The position numbers and the translations under genes are program-made. A stretch of DNA of 64,000 bases from Paragordius varius. Its lineage: Eukaryota > Animalia > Nematomorpha. Of the stretch, positions 34,893 to 48,900 are shown piece after piece. The number at the start of each line of letters is the position of its first letter. Position 1 is the first letter of the stretch. The stretch spans positions 8,122,001-8,186,000 of the forward strand of contig OZ176051.1 in assembly GCA_964247055.1 (NCBI GenBank), read 5' to 3'. The notes under the pieces are model-generated. The model saw only the letters and a list, made by a program, of their open reading frames with translations. It was not told where the DNA came from and did not search any database.

Positions 34893-35557
34893 GTTTAGAG
34901 ATCTAAAAATGGGAAGTGCTTCTATTTAGTACTAAATTTTTATTTATATGAAATTTAGCAACAATCTTTTCATTTTTGTGGAAAAATAAATTAAAATTAC
35001 TTTTTAAAGGCTTTAGAAATATTAAATTTAAATACTCTGTTAAAATCAAAAGGTATTTGAGTTTGTCAAGAAATTTTTCACACGACAACAGATTCTACAC
35101 TACTTGAAGATAACTAAGGTGGGGTTATATTTCTTTTATACTGATTAGAATTAAAACTTTGTATTGATTAATGAATGACCAGATCATATTAATTAGATTT
35201 GAAATAACTCACAGGTGACCGGACCAAGCCGAACCTAGACGCGGTGTGATTTAACCGTAAAATTAAAGTTCTTTAAGAGGAAATCGGAAACTATGCTACG
35301 GAAACCAGTGCACAAACAAAATTTGATTTAGAACTAAGAACCAAATAATTTTGATTATAACACATATGATATCATAACATAATTTATTCAATGCAGTCGT
35401 TTACGTTTTATGGGCACATACAGTGTTTGATTTCTTAGAAAATATGACACTCAAGCATTTCAGGTCTATATCAAAAACGGCCTATACACTTGGTCTTCAT
35501 ACCTTCCCAAATACTCAACCTAATCATCTTGATAACAGATCCCTATATTACGAAACG

Positions 35558-35832
35558 AAAAGGCGTAGCTAGGGGAAGGAAAGGGGGGTTAACATCGGGG
35601 GCCATAGATAGGGGAGCGCTGGATTTTTTAAATTTAATTTAATTTAATTTCACAAAAATAGGTAATCAAAAGTTATTATCTCAAATAATACACAAAAAAT
35701 CACCCATTTATGAGCGGTCATGCCCACGGTCCTAATTTGATTATTTTTTGAAATGCAAGGTGTTGCATGGAGGGGGAGGGGGCCGCACACGGATTCCTAC
35801 ACCCGGCGTCAGAAATGCAATCTACGGCCCTG
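35558..35832. mobile_element. GC-rich-ended MITE (CAGGGCCGTAG-type ends, probably hAT-derived)
   Basis: Left AAAAGGCGTAGCTAGGGG, right CTACGGCCCTG; flanks ACGAAACG / AAGAAATG (6/8, possibly a decayed TSD); related sequence at 59775-59960. Confidence 0.5.
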
Positions 35833-38800
35833 AAGAAATGGCAAAGGAAACTCAAATATATCGGAATAAACCGCTGATGATATTTTTTGAAATATTTTAA
35901 ATTCAAGTTATTTAACATATTTTTCTGATATCTATTATTCGATGACATAAAAACTATATAGCCGCATATTAGAATGATAAGATTTAAATTTTTTGTTGTT
36001 AAATACCTATATGTTGTGTTTAATAGGTAGGAGTTATAGGCCCTGCCATTCGGTACTATAAGGTCTTGAACGCGCAAATTATTAGACCAGAAATAATCAA
36101 TGCTAAACAAATACAGTTATAAAATTTTTAAAAAACGTGTAAGGAAAACAAATGCAAAAGAAAGGCTTCACATTTAATAATAAATAATAATTGCGTCAAA
36201 ACACCCTGAATATAATGCCCTGTTAAATGGCAGCCATAACTAATTGAGCATTCGATTGGATGTGTGAAACTTAGAATAACCTACATATATCGGTTTTTAA
36301 ATGATAAAAATGTAAACTACTCAGATTTTTATAAATTATTCGATATCCGATATATGTTAATCACTCCTCACTTAAATTTCGACTAAAGTTCGCAAATTCA
36401 GCAAGTAAAAATTAGAAAATCCTAACATATTTTATTAGCCAATGAAAAAACCCATTAACCAAAAATAGTTCTGCTTGATGTAAAACAATTTATTGCATAT
36501 ATTTTATCCTACAAACTATATTATAAATTCTGATATAAAACCACACACAGTAACAAAGATTTTGGGATAGATGTGATAAATAATTTATTGTTTTATATCG
36601 ATAAGTGGATATATTTCTTAGTTTCAAGTTACAAATTTGAACATATATATATATATCGTTTTTTGCAATTATAATATAATTTTTGATTGAGGCAAAAATA
36701 TTAATTCATATTAATTAAATATTCTCTTTGATGCTTTTTGAATATTATTATAGTTATTGTCCGTTGTTTATTATTTATTCATCATACCTAACGAATGTTT
36801 TTTGACCTTTGTCATCCAAAAAATAGGCAGCCATGTTTTCTGGCCAATTTGCATAAATTTGAAACAAAACTAACTACATTGCCAAAAACTTTTATCCTAT
36901 ATTTATATTAAAAAATTTCTTAATATGCAGTACCTTGAATTTCGTATAAGAATTTGTTTTTACAAAATAATTAAAATAATGAATATATTACAAAAATATA
37001 CATACTTAATTCTTAAATATATATGTATATTTTTTCGAGTTTAATTTATAGAAAAACAAAAAATTGTATAAAAAAAAATAAAATAATCTTGAAAATGATT
37101 GATGAGATCGTAACCATTTCCTTTTCAACTCTATCATTAAAAAATAAAAACTGGTGTAACATCATAGCTTGTGGTTTAGTAAGTTAGTTATATAAGAATA
37201 TTAAAAAAATTTATCATTTTAAAATTCATACATATAATAATATAATTTATTATATTATAAGGGTAGACTATTAAAAATTAAATAATTATTATATCACTCA
37301 GAACATTAGGTAGTTTTTATGAGATTTTATGAAATAATACTAAGTACAGTGTTTGAGGAATAGAATTAGCAAGCGATATTAATGACAAAAAATATGCCTA
37401 AAAATGTGTTGTCAACATAATGCGACAATATATACTTTTTAAACTTGTAGCTTTCGATTGCCCCCAAAACAGAGACATATTTGATAATTTTCGATTTTGT
37501 GGCATTTATCAAAAGACTTTTGGCCAACATCAATAACCTAAATCAAGGGCAATTACGAAAATAAAAATATCTTTTTGTGGAATTAGAGGCAAAATTACCA
37601 AATAAGATTTAATTAAAATAATCATCTAATAAAAGATGTCATAAAAAGCTAACTTTGATATATTTCAGTTTATAATATATAATATATATACCTAAGATTT
37701 ATAAATTATAAACATATAAAATATGACACTATTTTAAATAAATGAAAGAAAAAAAATAATATATTCTTTCAATATTTTCATCTTTTTAAATTTTGGTTCT
37801 AAGCAATAAGGTGTCCTTAAGTCCCTTGAAGCGGTTTGTTTTACATTCTTCCCTCATTATCTTACATAAATTATTTTTTTGCAAGAAAATATCATTAAGC
37901 CTACCATCAGATAATCTTCAGTCACTTTTCAAATTATTAAATTTTTACATTTACCTGTTATTTTTTCTACCTCGAAAAATTCAATGTTTTGTAGTAATCA
38001 TATTTGGTTCAAAAAACTTGTTGAAAAAAACACCAAACACCATTTTTAAATTATACAACATACATAAATTAATTTTTATGTAAAAAATTATAATCTTATA
38101 TAATTTAACAATATGTTTTAATATAAAAATCATTTTTATTTATTTGTAAAAAAAAAGCTTTTTGATATTTTTATGTAAATGAACAACCGTTTTCCCTTCC
38201 ACGCGCTTTTCTAATTTGGTTTTTTGTGTTGATGACCACACCACCATTTAAACAGAAAACACGCATAATTTTGTATATACAATACAATACCATACACATT
38301 GTGTTAATATCAAATTATTTTTTAGAATAACTTAAAAAGACATATTTTATGGATGGAAAAAGGTTGACTGGCTACATATATATAGATTACAAAAAATTTA
38401 TTTATACGCATTGTCTAAGTCGTAGATATTAAAATAAAATTAACAGATGTCTCCTTGTTCGACAAGTATAAATGCTTAATTATCCCACTTTTTTAAGACA
38501 GCTATTTTGTATAAATGTAATGAGAGCTATTATTGGTCATTTTAGAACTTCATTGGGCTTAAAAGGTCTTAAATTTATACATCTATCAACCTGATAGCGA
38601 ATTTTTATTTTATATCAATTAAAATCCATCTAGTTAAAATGTTCAATATGGCGAAAATTTATAAACAAGTTTTAAATTTACAGCGATCTTAACATCATTT
38701 ATTTGCTTAAATAATTTCTATAAATGTTAAAAAATTTATGTACAATCATTGTGTGGGTCATTTCTGTGTTTTAATTGGCTAGTCGATGTAACTTATATGT

Positions 38801-38839
38801 CTGTTGCAATGTATGAGATTTTACTTGACACTTAGTCTA

Positions 38840-39250
38840 CATTTTGGGGTAGTTTTATATCCCAATGCTCAATTTTGTATAGTTTCGAGAGTTATTTTAG
38901 TTAATTTAATTATAAAATATTGTTATCATGATTAGATAAAAGGCTTCTATTTTTTATTTGTGACTTCTATACTCTAAAAATCAGACAACACGATTGAAAC
39001 GAACAGCCGATAATAAATTTTAAGTTTTTTCTGGTAAAATATAGCCCTCTGAGCTTTTTTAAATTAATTATTTACATTTTTTAACCATACTATACACTAA
39101 TTTGTTTGTTGCATTAGCAATTTGAAAAATTTATAGAAAAATGGCGGCAAAAAAGTTTAAGATCAGGATTTTTTTTATAATTTTACATTTTTTAAAAAAT
39201 TTTTTTGTATAATGGGCCTAAAAGACTAAAGAAAGAAATTTTAATTCCGT
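38840..39250 (+). mobile_element. TTAA MITE family 2, internal fragment
   Basis: GGGGTAGTTTTATATCCCA and shared body (CACGATTGAAACGAACAGCCGA...TGTTGCATTAGC...TTGTATAATGGGCC); termini not recognisable. Confidence 0.65.
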
Positions 39251-41342
39251 TCAACAAATCGCTCCGTGATATAAAACATTAAAATGTAACGGAGAAGTTA
39301 CGTAATTAATTAATTTTTTTTCCACAATTGTAAATGTATAAAGTTTCAAAATAACCAAATATATATAATGTATTGAACTAATATTGGAAAAACGTATGGT
39401 TAATTTGCATTTTAAACTTTCTATGAGAAATATAATTATTGATTTAGTAGTAATTGATATTTAATATTTTTGCCAATACTAGAATTTGATATTGCTTTAG
39501 GATCCTTAACAGGACCATAACCAAAAACTTGTACTTTGTGGTATAGTTGACTACACTATTAAAATATTAAATAACAAACTAGGACCTACATAAGGAAAAG
39601 TGCATGATGCGGCTAATTTTATGGAAACTGTTATTTAAAAAGGTGGATTCTAAGTTTGAGGTCTAGTTTAAATGAAAAGTCATAAGTAATTGCAGACTTG
39701 TTAACCCTGGTCGCAATCAACTTAAAGTTTTTAGTTAAATAGGTTTTCAGTTTTGATTCTGGTCAGTAGATATGGACACAATAACTATTATACGATATTT
39801 CAGTATTTAATATTAACTTTTTAGCAATTTATATACGAAAATGACTTATAAATTATATTAAATTAAATTATACCTTAATGAATGTCAAAACTAAAAATTA
39901 TTTAATTAATTATACTTTGTTGCGCAAATCCATTTAATAAACTATTTAATTTAAATTTTAGAATATGGTCATTCATGCTTTTTAAAAGGAGAGATTATTT
40001 AATTTATTGATGTTAAATTTTAAATTTCGGATTTTGATTGTTACAGCAAACAAATATAAATTAAATGTGTTGTTATAAATTTATAGCTAATAATTTATGC
40101 ACATCTTTTGTTGAAGGAGGCTATTAAATATGCAAATTTAGTCATTTTTGTTGGTAAATATAACAAGGTTTTCAACCACCACCAAATTATATTACCTAGT
40201 TTATTTTGCTTTTTGTATTAATGTATGTCCCTTTTTAGAAGACAGACAAACAAATATATTTAATAAAAATCATAATAATGACAAAATAATATAATAATAC
40301 AGTAAAAACTACTTTGCTTATATCCATTATATTATTCCAGACAAACTATAGCATTAATAAATAAATACATTTTTACTATGACCATACTAAGCAAATACTT
40401 ATTATTACCATATTAATTTTATTTAATGTTACCACCACAGAACATCCTTAGTGCGTTGGTCAACCTATTTAAAATTTATTAATCTTCAAAGTAGTCTGGT
40501 TTTATCTCATAAATTAAAAGAAAGCATATTAAATCGTCTCACCTTTGATTTAAACTCATTTTGAGCGTTGAAATTAACAAATGACTTAATAAGTTAAATG
40601 GACTTTAAAGACTATTAATGTGTGTGACTTTACTATTCGGTTACGAATGTTGAACAAGACTAGACTGTTTAAATGTACAACAAAATTTTTTTGAACATAG
40701 AAATATAAAAATGTTTGCAAGAAATTTAGTTAAATTACTTTTTTAATTATTAGAATAAAAGATTTATTTCCGCAGAAATTTTCATGGAACTTTAATTATT
40801 TATTGCATTTAAATAAAATATTTTGATAATCTTGTTGGGAAAAACTGTGAAACACTTATACTAAAGATGCAAAATCTCACTCTTTGCATAACTAAGAGTT
40901 GGATAGGAGTTAATATAAACGGGTTTATCCTGCGTCTCAAAGGTTCTAAAAATATATTTTCGCTTTTGTCATCGTCCGTGTCTTTGGGCATATAAATTTA
41001 AATATCCCACTACACTTAATACATGCATTGTTGCGAATGTTTTAAATAATATATTTAGAGCGCTGATTTGGAATTTAGTTATAAATAATATATTCATAAG
41101 ATAAAAACTCGGAATAAATAATTACCCAAAAGAAATTAATCGTCTAAATAAAAAATGCACAGCTATTTACAGACCCAATGAGTCTTAAAGATGCGAAATT
41201 AAATAAAGAACATAGCATCATAACATTACACTAAATAATTGTCTATGGCTTATAGCTCCTAGAAAGTATCTTTTAAACCAACGAAATATGGTACTAATCA
41301 TGGCCGTAGTTACTATGCATGGGACTTTTGCATAAAAAGTTT

Positions 41343-42392
41343 CTGGTGTCTATTCATATAATTTTGGTTGTATAATACAAGGTTCAGCCTTAAATTTTAA
41401 CCGGTTTTTTTGTAAAAAAACACATAATTTTGAAATGAAAAACTTATTTTATTCAAAATATCGTCTATCGGGTTCGACCTCAAATAATATCAAAGGCCAT
41501 TGATTTGCGGCAATCCATTCGAAGAGCATATTCCCACGCCTTCGAAATTATTGAAGTAACTGCACGCGTGTGCCCCATTTATGCAAGGATTAATAAGATA
41601 GCTTGAGGTCTGGATGGTACAGCGGATGCGGAATCGAAGAGATGCTTTGGCTGGTTTGTCTGTATAAGACGGATTGTCATGTGTCATTTATACCATGTAT
41701 TCTAGTCCATATAGGTTGTTTTTAGTAAATGCATGGCTTAAATAATTATTTGTTGGCGATAACGTTGGCTATTAACGGTTTCATAGGGCAAAAGTTTATA
41801 AAGAATACCGCTATGATCCCACCATTCATCATGGTTCTCGCAGTTTTGGCCTTGGCGTTGATAGACTGCCTTGACAAGTAAGCCACGATTTTATCGGCGG
41901 AATTACAAAATAAACTGGATTATCAAGATTTAATAAGTCTTATTGATATTTTCGATTGGTCCATGAAATTAGGTTGGACCCCATTTACAAGTTTATTGGT
42001 GCTCCCATTGGAGTCTACTTAATATATGTAATGCTTTCCGAGTTTGTGAGTCAACATCCAATAACTCTTGCACTTCATTTTTGCAGTTTAATCTACCAAA
42101 GCGCCCAATCTCGTTCACATTTAAGTGACAACTTTAAATTTTAGTAACCATGGTAATGCAATCGTGGGAACATGTGCCTTTTCTAACAGCAGACGAGTTT
42201 TGTAACCACTTTTCTTTCTGATAGAACAGTGCGTGCGGCGAACGTTCTTTTTCATGTACAAAATTCGACACGATTTCTGAATGATAAAACAGGACGCTAC
42301 CTTTTAGCGGACATTAGTGTGTGGCGTTTATTGTATAACCTTTTCTACCAAAAAATGAAGCTGCAAAAGATCTATCCATAAATGTGCACAAG
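41343..42392 (-). mobile_element. Second Mos1-like mariner relic (transposase pseudogene about 41449-42271)
   Basis: Minus-strand fragments: (V)SNFVHEKE, WWDHSGILYKLLPYETVNSQRYRQQI, THDNPS, IPHPLY, YFNNFEGVG, YFE*. Element ends are approximate. Confidence 0.7.
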
Positions 42393-42968
42393 GGCAGTAT
42401 AATATTATTTTGAGGGTCTGTACTTAATATGTAATTTCATAATATTTCGCCAGCGAAAACTGGTTGAACATAAAAATAAGATGGTCCAAGGCTTCTTTAA
42501 ATGTTTGTGAATCCATAATAGAGTAAGAAAATCAGTAATGATGTAATTTCTTTTGGTGATAAAGTTGCGGTTAATTTTTGGGGATAAATCAATTTCTATT
42601 ATATGATAAATTGTTTCATTGACACTTTGATCGAATATTATTAATTTTAATTTACATCGGCTATTTCCTAAATATAAGATTTATTTCGATTTTGACACAG
42701 TTATATATCACATAAATAAAATTATATCATTAAAAACATCTAATATTCATTCATGGTGTTCCATAAAATTATAATATTTATGTGTTTTGCATCACAACAT
42801 CTGTGCAGGAAAATATTTAAAAACTATAGTTACTCTCTATTAAATTGTTAACAAACTATTCACATTTTATTACTTAAATGAAAAAAACACTAATCACACA
42901 TTTATATTGGTATTAAATAATTTAGATCGTTCCCTCATAATTCTATTGAATTGTGTGAAGACAAAAAG

Positions 42969-45900
42969 TTATACAGGTGTATAGGCCCTAAAAGCCAAAA
43001 AAATAGTATCTTGATCTGCAACATGAGAATTATTTGAATTTCCTTCGATATGGGAGGACGAATCGCTGATAGAATCAAATTCCCGGGCTTCTTGACCAGT
43101 CGTAGGCGAGACGAGAATTCTTAAACTGACATATTCACCCGCATTCAAAAATACCACGGCCCCTGTGCGTAATTGATGCATGGGTGCTAAGGTTGCATGT
43201 CCATTCCTAATTGCATAAAACAATCAATATACAATATGTATTGAAATTATAAAGACAGACGGTTTATTTTATGAGGGGACCCAAATTTTTTGATGCTTTT
43301 GTAGTATTTACAAGATTTACAGTTGACAAAAATTTGAGTGTATTACAGTCATGTATCTTTTATTTTATCAAAAATTTATTTTTTTCGTTAAATGGGTATA
43401 AATATTTGGTAAAGAATGGAAAACACAAGAGATTTTTGCTAATTCTTATATTTTTTGATGAATATGTATTGTTAATACCATAGAGCTCTTATTTTTCCAT
43501 TCTTTAATACCCATTTAACGAAAGAAAATAAATTTTTGATAAAATAAGGGATACATGACTGCACTAATTTATATCTCGATCATTTATTTCACGACCTTAA
43601 GAACAAGTTAATTCAACTTTGCCCTTTGTTTTATTGTACGGGCAGTCATAAAAAATATTTATAGGTCATCTGTCATACGACCGCAACAATAATACCGGTT
43701 AAAGTTGCAAGAAAAAAAAATCAAATCGCTTTTTATTTAGTCGATTACACTAGACAACAAATTTTAACTTTTTTTAACTGCCATTCTTGTAAATTTAAAA
43801 TTTATTTATTAAAGTACATAATTAGTATATCTGAAAAGAAAATTGGTCTTACATGGAATTTTTTCATATTAGAGTTTATCGATAATTTTTGGCCCCGATT
43901 TTACATTAAACTCAAAATTTCGAAAATTAAAAGTTTTAGATATGAAGCCATGTATTTTATATCATTCGAAAGAGCGCAAAAAACTGCATCTTTTAAATGG
44001 TAGTAAGTCATTAAATCCATCGGATGTAAAAGTTATTTGGATTTAAATGGTCAAAATTTTCAATCCTTAAATAAGTCAAGAATTTTCGCAGACAAACTAA
44101 TTTGAAAATCATATAAATTATTTTAATATAATTATTAGGGTTATATTAATATTTAATTTAAAAAAATGTTTGGAAAAGCTTTTGGTTTGCTTTTTTAATA
44201 AAAATTATTATTATCATAAATATTTTACCTAGTGGATACTAAAATGCATAGTTATAACTGTAAATTTATTACATAATGGCTATAGAAGATCAAAAATACC
44301 TTAAACTTTGTTTTTTTCTTTAAATTTTCGAAATTATCAGCCTTGTAAAGAAAATAAATTAATATTGATGAGATGGTAATTTTTAAAAAACAAAAAACTT
44401 AAAAATGGCTGTTTTGAGTGACATAAAAGAAATAAAAAATGTTTTAATCAAAAAAAACTTTCTTGTGTTATCTTTTTTGGACATTCATCTCCATTTAAAC
44501 AAAGTTTGAGCTATTTTCATCCATTAGTTTTAAAAATATAATAATTAAAAAAATGCTCTCGCTTCGCGCGTTTGTCACTCTTTGTGTCCAATTATAACTG
44601 TCGATGTAATACATATTAGTATACATTTTATAGAGTTTTTAATACTCTTTCGAATGATATATTACAAATGGGCATTACTTGTATATTTTTTAAGAAAAAG
44701 TAAAATTTTGATAAAGAGGGCGCATAATCAAAAAAATCAAATTATACGAAATTCTTCCAACGAATAATTTTTATTTCAGATTTACTGTTAAAATGATATT
44801 AAATATCAAATAATGCAAAAAACTCGAGTGGCAGAAAAATTTGTTGTCTAGTGTTATGATAGAGAGAAGGCGTCAGCTAAACATGCTTTGATATAAATAA
44901 AGGTAATTCTATACGCAAGACTAGGGTTGTGCATTTGACTGCTTTTTCAAAAAAATCCGGTCAGACCCAGTCAGACCATGGTCATGACCACTTTTTACAT
45001 AAGTTAATATCATGCAATATTGGATTGTCAAAATAATGTTCAAACGAGACTTCCCTTTTACTAATGTCGTGTTTTTTCTTAAAAGTCTGTATTATACATT
45101 TTTTTGATATTTATTATTTACAAATATTTTCAATAAAATTTATACAAGAATATTGTTTTCAAATAAATTTCCACATGTTTATGGCCTCTGAATCTCCAAA
45201 TACATAGCTTTTAATACTGGATATTTCAAATAAAATTTTACCTAGTTATACACTTTCTTTTATCACTGAAATATCTAATTATAAAATGTTTTTCATTTTA
45301 TTGGTTCACATATATGGAATAATTGCATATTTTGCAAAGTGCTTGATTGTTTTGTTTTTCGAAATAACTGGATATGCTTAAATGCTAATGTTATGAGGAT
45401 GCATGTTTAACAATTTTATATTGTTAAATAAGCATATTAAAAATTAATATTTTTTTAAATATATAAAAAAAACAATAAACTCTTACTATCTCTCTTTCAA
45501 AAAAATTCACCAGCAATTTTTTAAACAACAGCTGTTTTTTAAATGACCATGGTCAAAAAAAATAGTCACTGACCTGGTCATGACCCGGTCAATTGACCGG
45601 GTCATGACTTGGTCAGCACAACCCTACGCAAGACATATTCAAATATATTTTTTAAAGTCCTTAAAAACAAATTAAAAAAAATCGCAATTTCGCATAGATC
45701 AACCAAATAATTGCGATTACGCGGTAAAATAAATTTTAATTTTTATTTAATTTAACATATATTTATATGCATGATTGTTTCATCAAATGAAACCTTTTAT
45801 AAGCTCTATAATAAATGTTTTTTTATAGCGGAAGTCGAGTATAAAATAGTGAGAATAAATTAAATACCCATTTTTAAGATATTCCGGGGGCAGGTTATAA

Positions 45901-48900
45901 TTGGCTTCACCTTTGATAATGATGATGATACTTGCGCTCTGGATAGTTGGTAAAACTATATCCTTAAACAATTCCTTTCCCGCATCCCCGAGTTTTAGCT
46001 AACATATAAATTTGATTCAAGTTATAAAAAAATAAAAAGTAGTTTTTTTCGATTTCCTTGCAATATATTGATGAATTCGAAACTTACGATCAAAATTTAG
46101 TATGGAGATAAAAAGGATGATTATTACATACAATATATATATATATGTAAGTATTGTGCTTAGATTAAGGAAAAATAAAAATTAATTAGCATCCCGATCT
46201 TAAAATAAAATCAGGAAACAGTATATACCATTTACACTTCGGAATTCCCTCTAACAATTTAAATTTACCCTAAAATAAATTATGTTTTGTTTATGATTAA
46301 ATATTACCTATATTTTTTTTATATTTTTAATAAAATTCTGTTTGTAGTTAAAAGAATACTAAAAAATTGTAATAAAACTAAACAATAAAGATATAATTCT
46401 TATTATAATGAGTTATATTAGCCGATAACACATAATTTATTTTTAGAGTGAATTTGAATTGTAAATGGCATAAAATATTATATAAATAATACGTTAAAAG
46501 CAAATTGAAAGATCATCTGCATTAATATCTCAATAAAATTTGCCCACACTTTAAGAGTTATATACTAATAAACAATAGTTTTAGTCACACACAAAAAAAA
46601 CATGACAAAACTCAAGCAAATCAAATTGTACTCTTTCTTTTCACATAAAAATAATGCACATAACCAATTACACAAACACACCTCAATCCTTTGTACAGCG
46701 AATTCATCTACGGGCGGTTTGTATTCGTAGAAAAGATTAGACGTTACCAAAGAATTCGCCGAACCTATTATTGTGTTGTTGGTAATGATTGGACAAGGTT
46801 CCAAAATTTTTGCAGAAGCCGGTCCCATATCATACGTTAACATATCGCACAACACTGGAACATCTTTAAATTTTGGGGTTAGACCAGCACGGACAACATT
46901 ATCCGAACATGCCATACACTCCATACAATCTTTTATTACAATATTATTAAGGTTTTTAGAGAATAAATTTAATAAATATATAGATATAGACAAAAAATAA
47001 AAAGAAAGTGACAAAGATAACTAGTACCACAATATGTTTTAACTATATATTTTATCGATAAAGTTATTCTTATTAATTTTAGAGACTAATTTAAAACTGA
47101 AAATTTAATTAAAATATCTTCCATATGATCGATATAACATTAATGTGTTAAAAATGTGCTATAAAGACATTAGAGTAGCGCATGGGTAGAAAACAACAAA
47201 TGATTGAAATTACATTTTTTCCTATTTTTAAAACATTAATATAATTTAATTAGGACATGATTTCTTTCATATCATACGCTATTGTAATACCAATTTGCTA
47301 ACATTAATGTGAATTTATTAATATTAATGTGCATACCTCGTAAGAGTTAAACTATAATATGAAATATCCAATTTAGAAAATAACTTATGCTAATGATAAA
47401 AAATTAACCAACTTTATCTAAATCCTATTGATTAAAGATGAATATAATTTGTATTCATATAAGTCAATAAATTACTAATTGATGTATTTTATTAAAAATC
47501 CATATAAAATCTAATAAATTATTATTGATTTTGCTGTATAACCATATGCATGATCAAAATAATATTTAAATAGATACAGAGATATAATTAAAACATAAAC
47601 ATTTACAGACAATGTTAATTTTGCCCGAATACAGTTTTTAATTATCTTTTTATTAAAACTTTAATATAAAATATATAAACATATTTTTATTAAAAATATT
47701 ACCTCCTTGTAGATAGGCATGAGGTTCATCAGGACCCAAAAATATTGCCTCTCCCGGTTTCAAATTTATTACATTAAGGAATAAAATAGAAAGACAACCA
47801 ATATCGCCCGGGAAAAACTGGTTACATCGAACAATTATGTCAAACATCATTTTGTCACATGTTAAACTTCGACGCCTAATATCTGGAAAAAATATATTTC
47901 AAATTTGTAAATCGTCATAAAATGCAATGTTTATTAAGGGGGTATATTAAAATGGTTAAAGTAATAAAAGCATCTTTTAGGAACTGATTCATACAAGTGT
48001 TTTGTTTTTTTAATGCTATAGTAGGTCCTCGCATATTTACAACAGAGAAAATAAAATAAGGGCATAATATGTATTAAATCATTTAAAATTATTTATTAGC
48101 AAATTATGATACCATTTGTAAGTTTAATATAAAAAATTTCTAAATTAAAACATTAGCATATGTTATTAGTCCAAAAATCATAAGCAGAAAAAATTGGAAA
48201 TGATAACTTAAGAGACAAAGACTAGAAAATATAAATTAAATAAAACAATCAATAATGGTTTACAACACCATCATAATATAAGTTTTAAAAAGCATCCGTA
48301 TTTCTCCATTATATCACGTAACATTTTAAATTATCGACATATTTTCTATGTTATATCTATTGCATTTGCTAGAAACTAGGCCTTAAAACTCATTTAATTA
48401 ATTAAGAATGAAAAAACGAAGATACATACATAAAATTTCACACAATAAAATGATTTGTTTTGTGTCTCAAAATAAATGACACATTTTTTAGACAGAGTTT
48501 GTCATAATTTAAAACAAAGAAACCACAAGGTCAAATTATTTTAGTAAGAGTCATTTAAACATGTTTTTACTGTTACCAATCAATGTATAATATATTACGT
48601 CAATTGTTAAAAAAACCAAAAATTTGCAAAAATATATATTATCAATAAATTTGTATTATAGTTACCATTTTAAAAAGAACAAAAGCTAACCAAAAAACTT
48701 TTTATTATATTGTTTAAAACCAAAAAATTCTTTATTAGTAATGTCCTGTAACCTAAAAAGATTTTTTTTTCTGGAAAAGCAAAAAATACAAAACCTTTGT
48801 TTGAGATGATAGTTATAACGGCTTGAACACATTTAGCAACTTGATCGGTAGGGCTATTCATAAAAGCTGTAAAACATGTCTTGAGACTTTCCTTAATTTG

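Noticed and set aside
35718-38083. ORFs 35718-36110 and 37793-38083, and most other short track ORFs
   Set aside because: I/L/F/K/N-rich translations expected from AT-rich DNA; some overlap MITE ends; no domain evidence.
40809-40991. ORF MPKDTDDDKSENIFLEPLRRRINPF... as a possible exon
   Set aside because: No partner exons or family motif found; cannot be supported.
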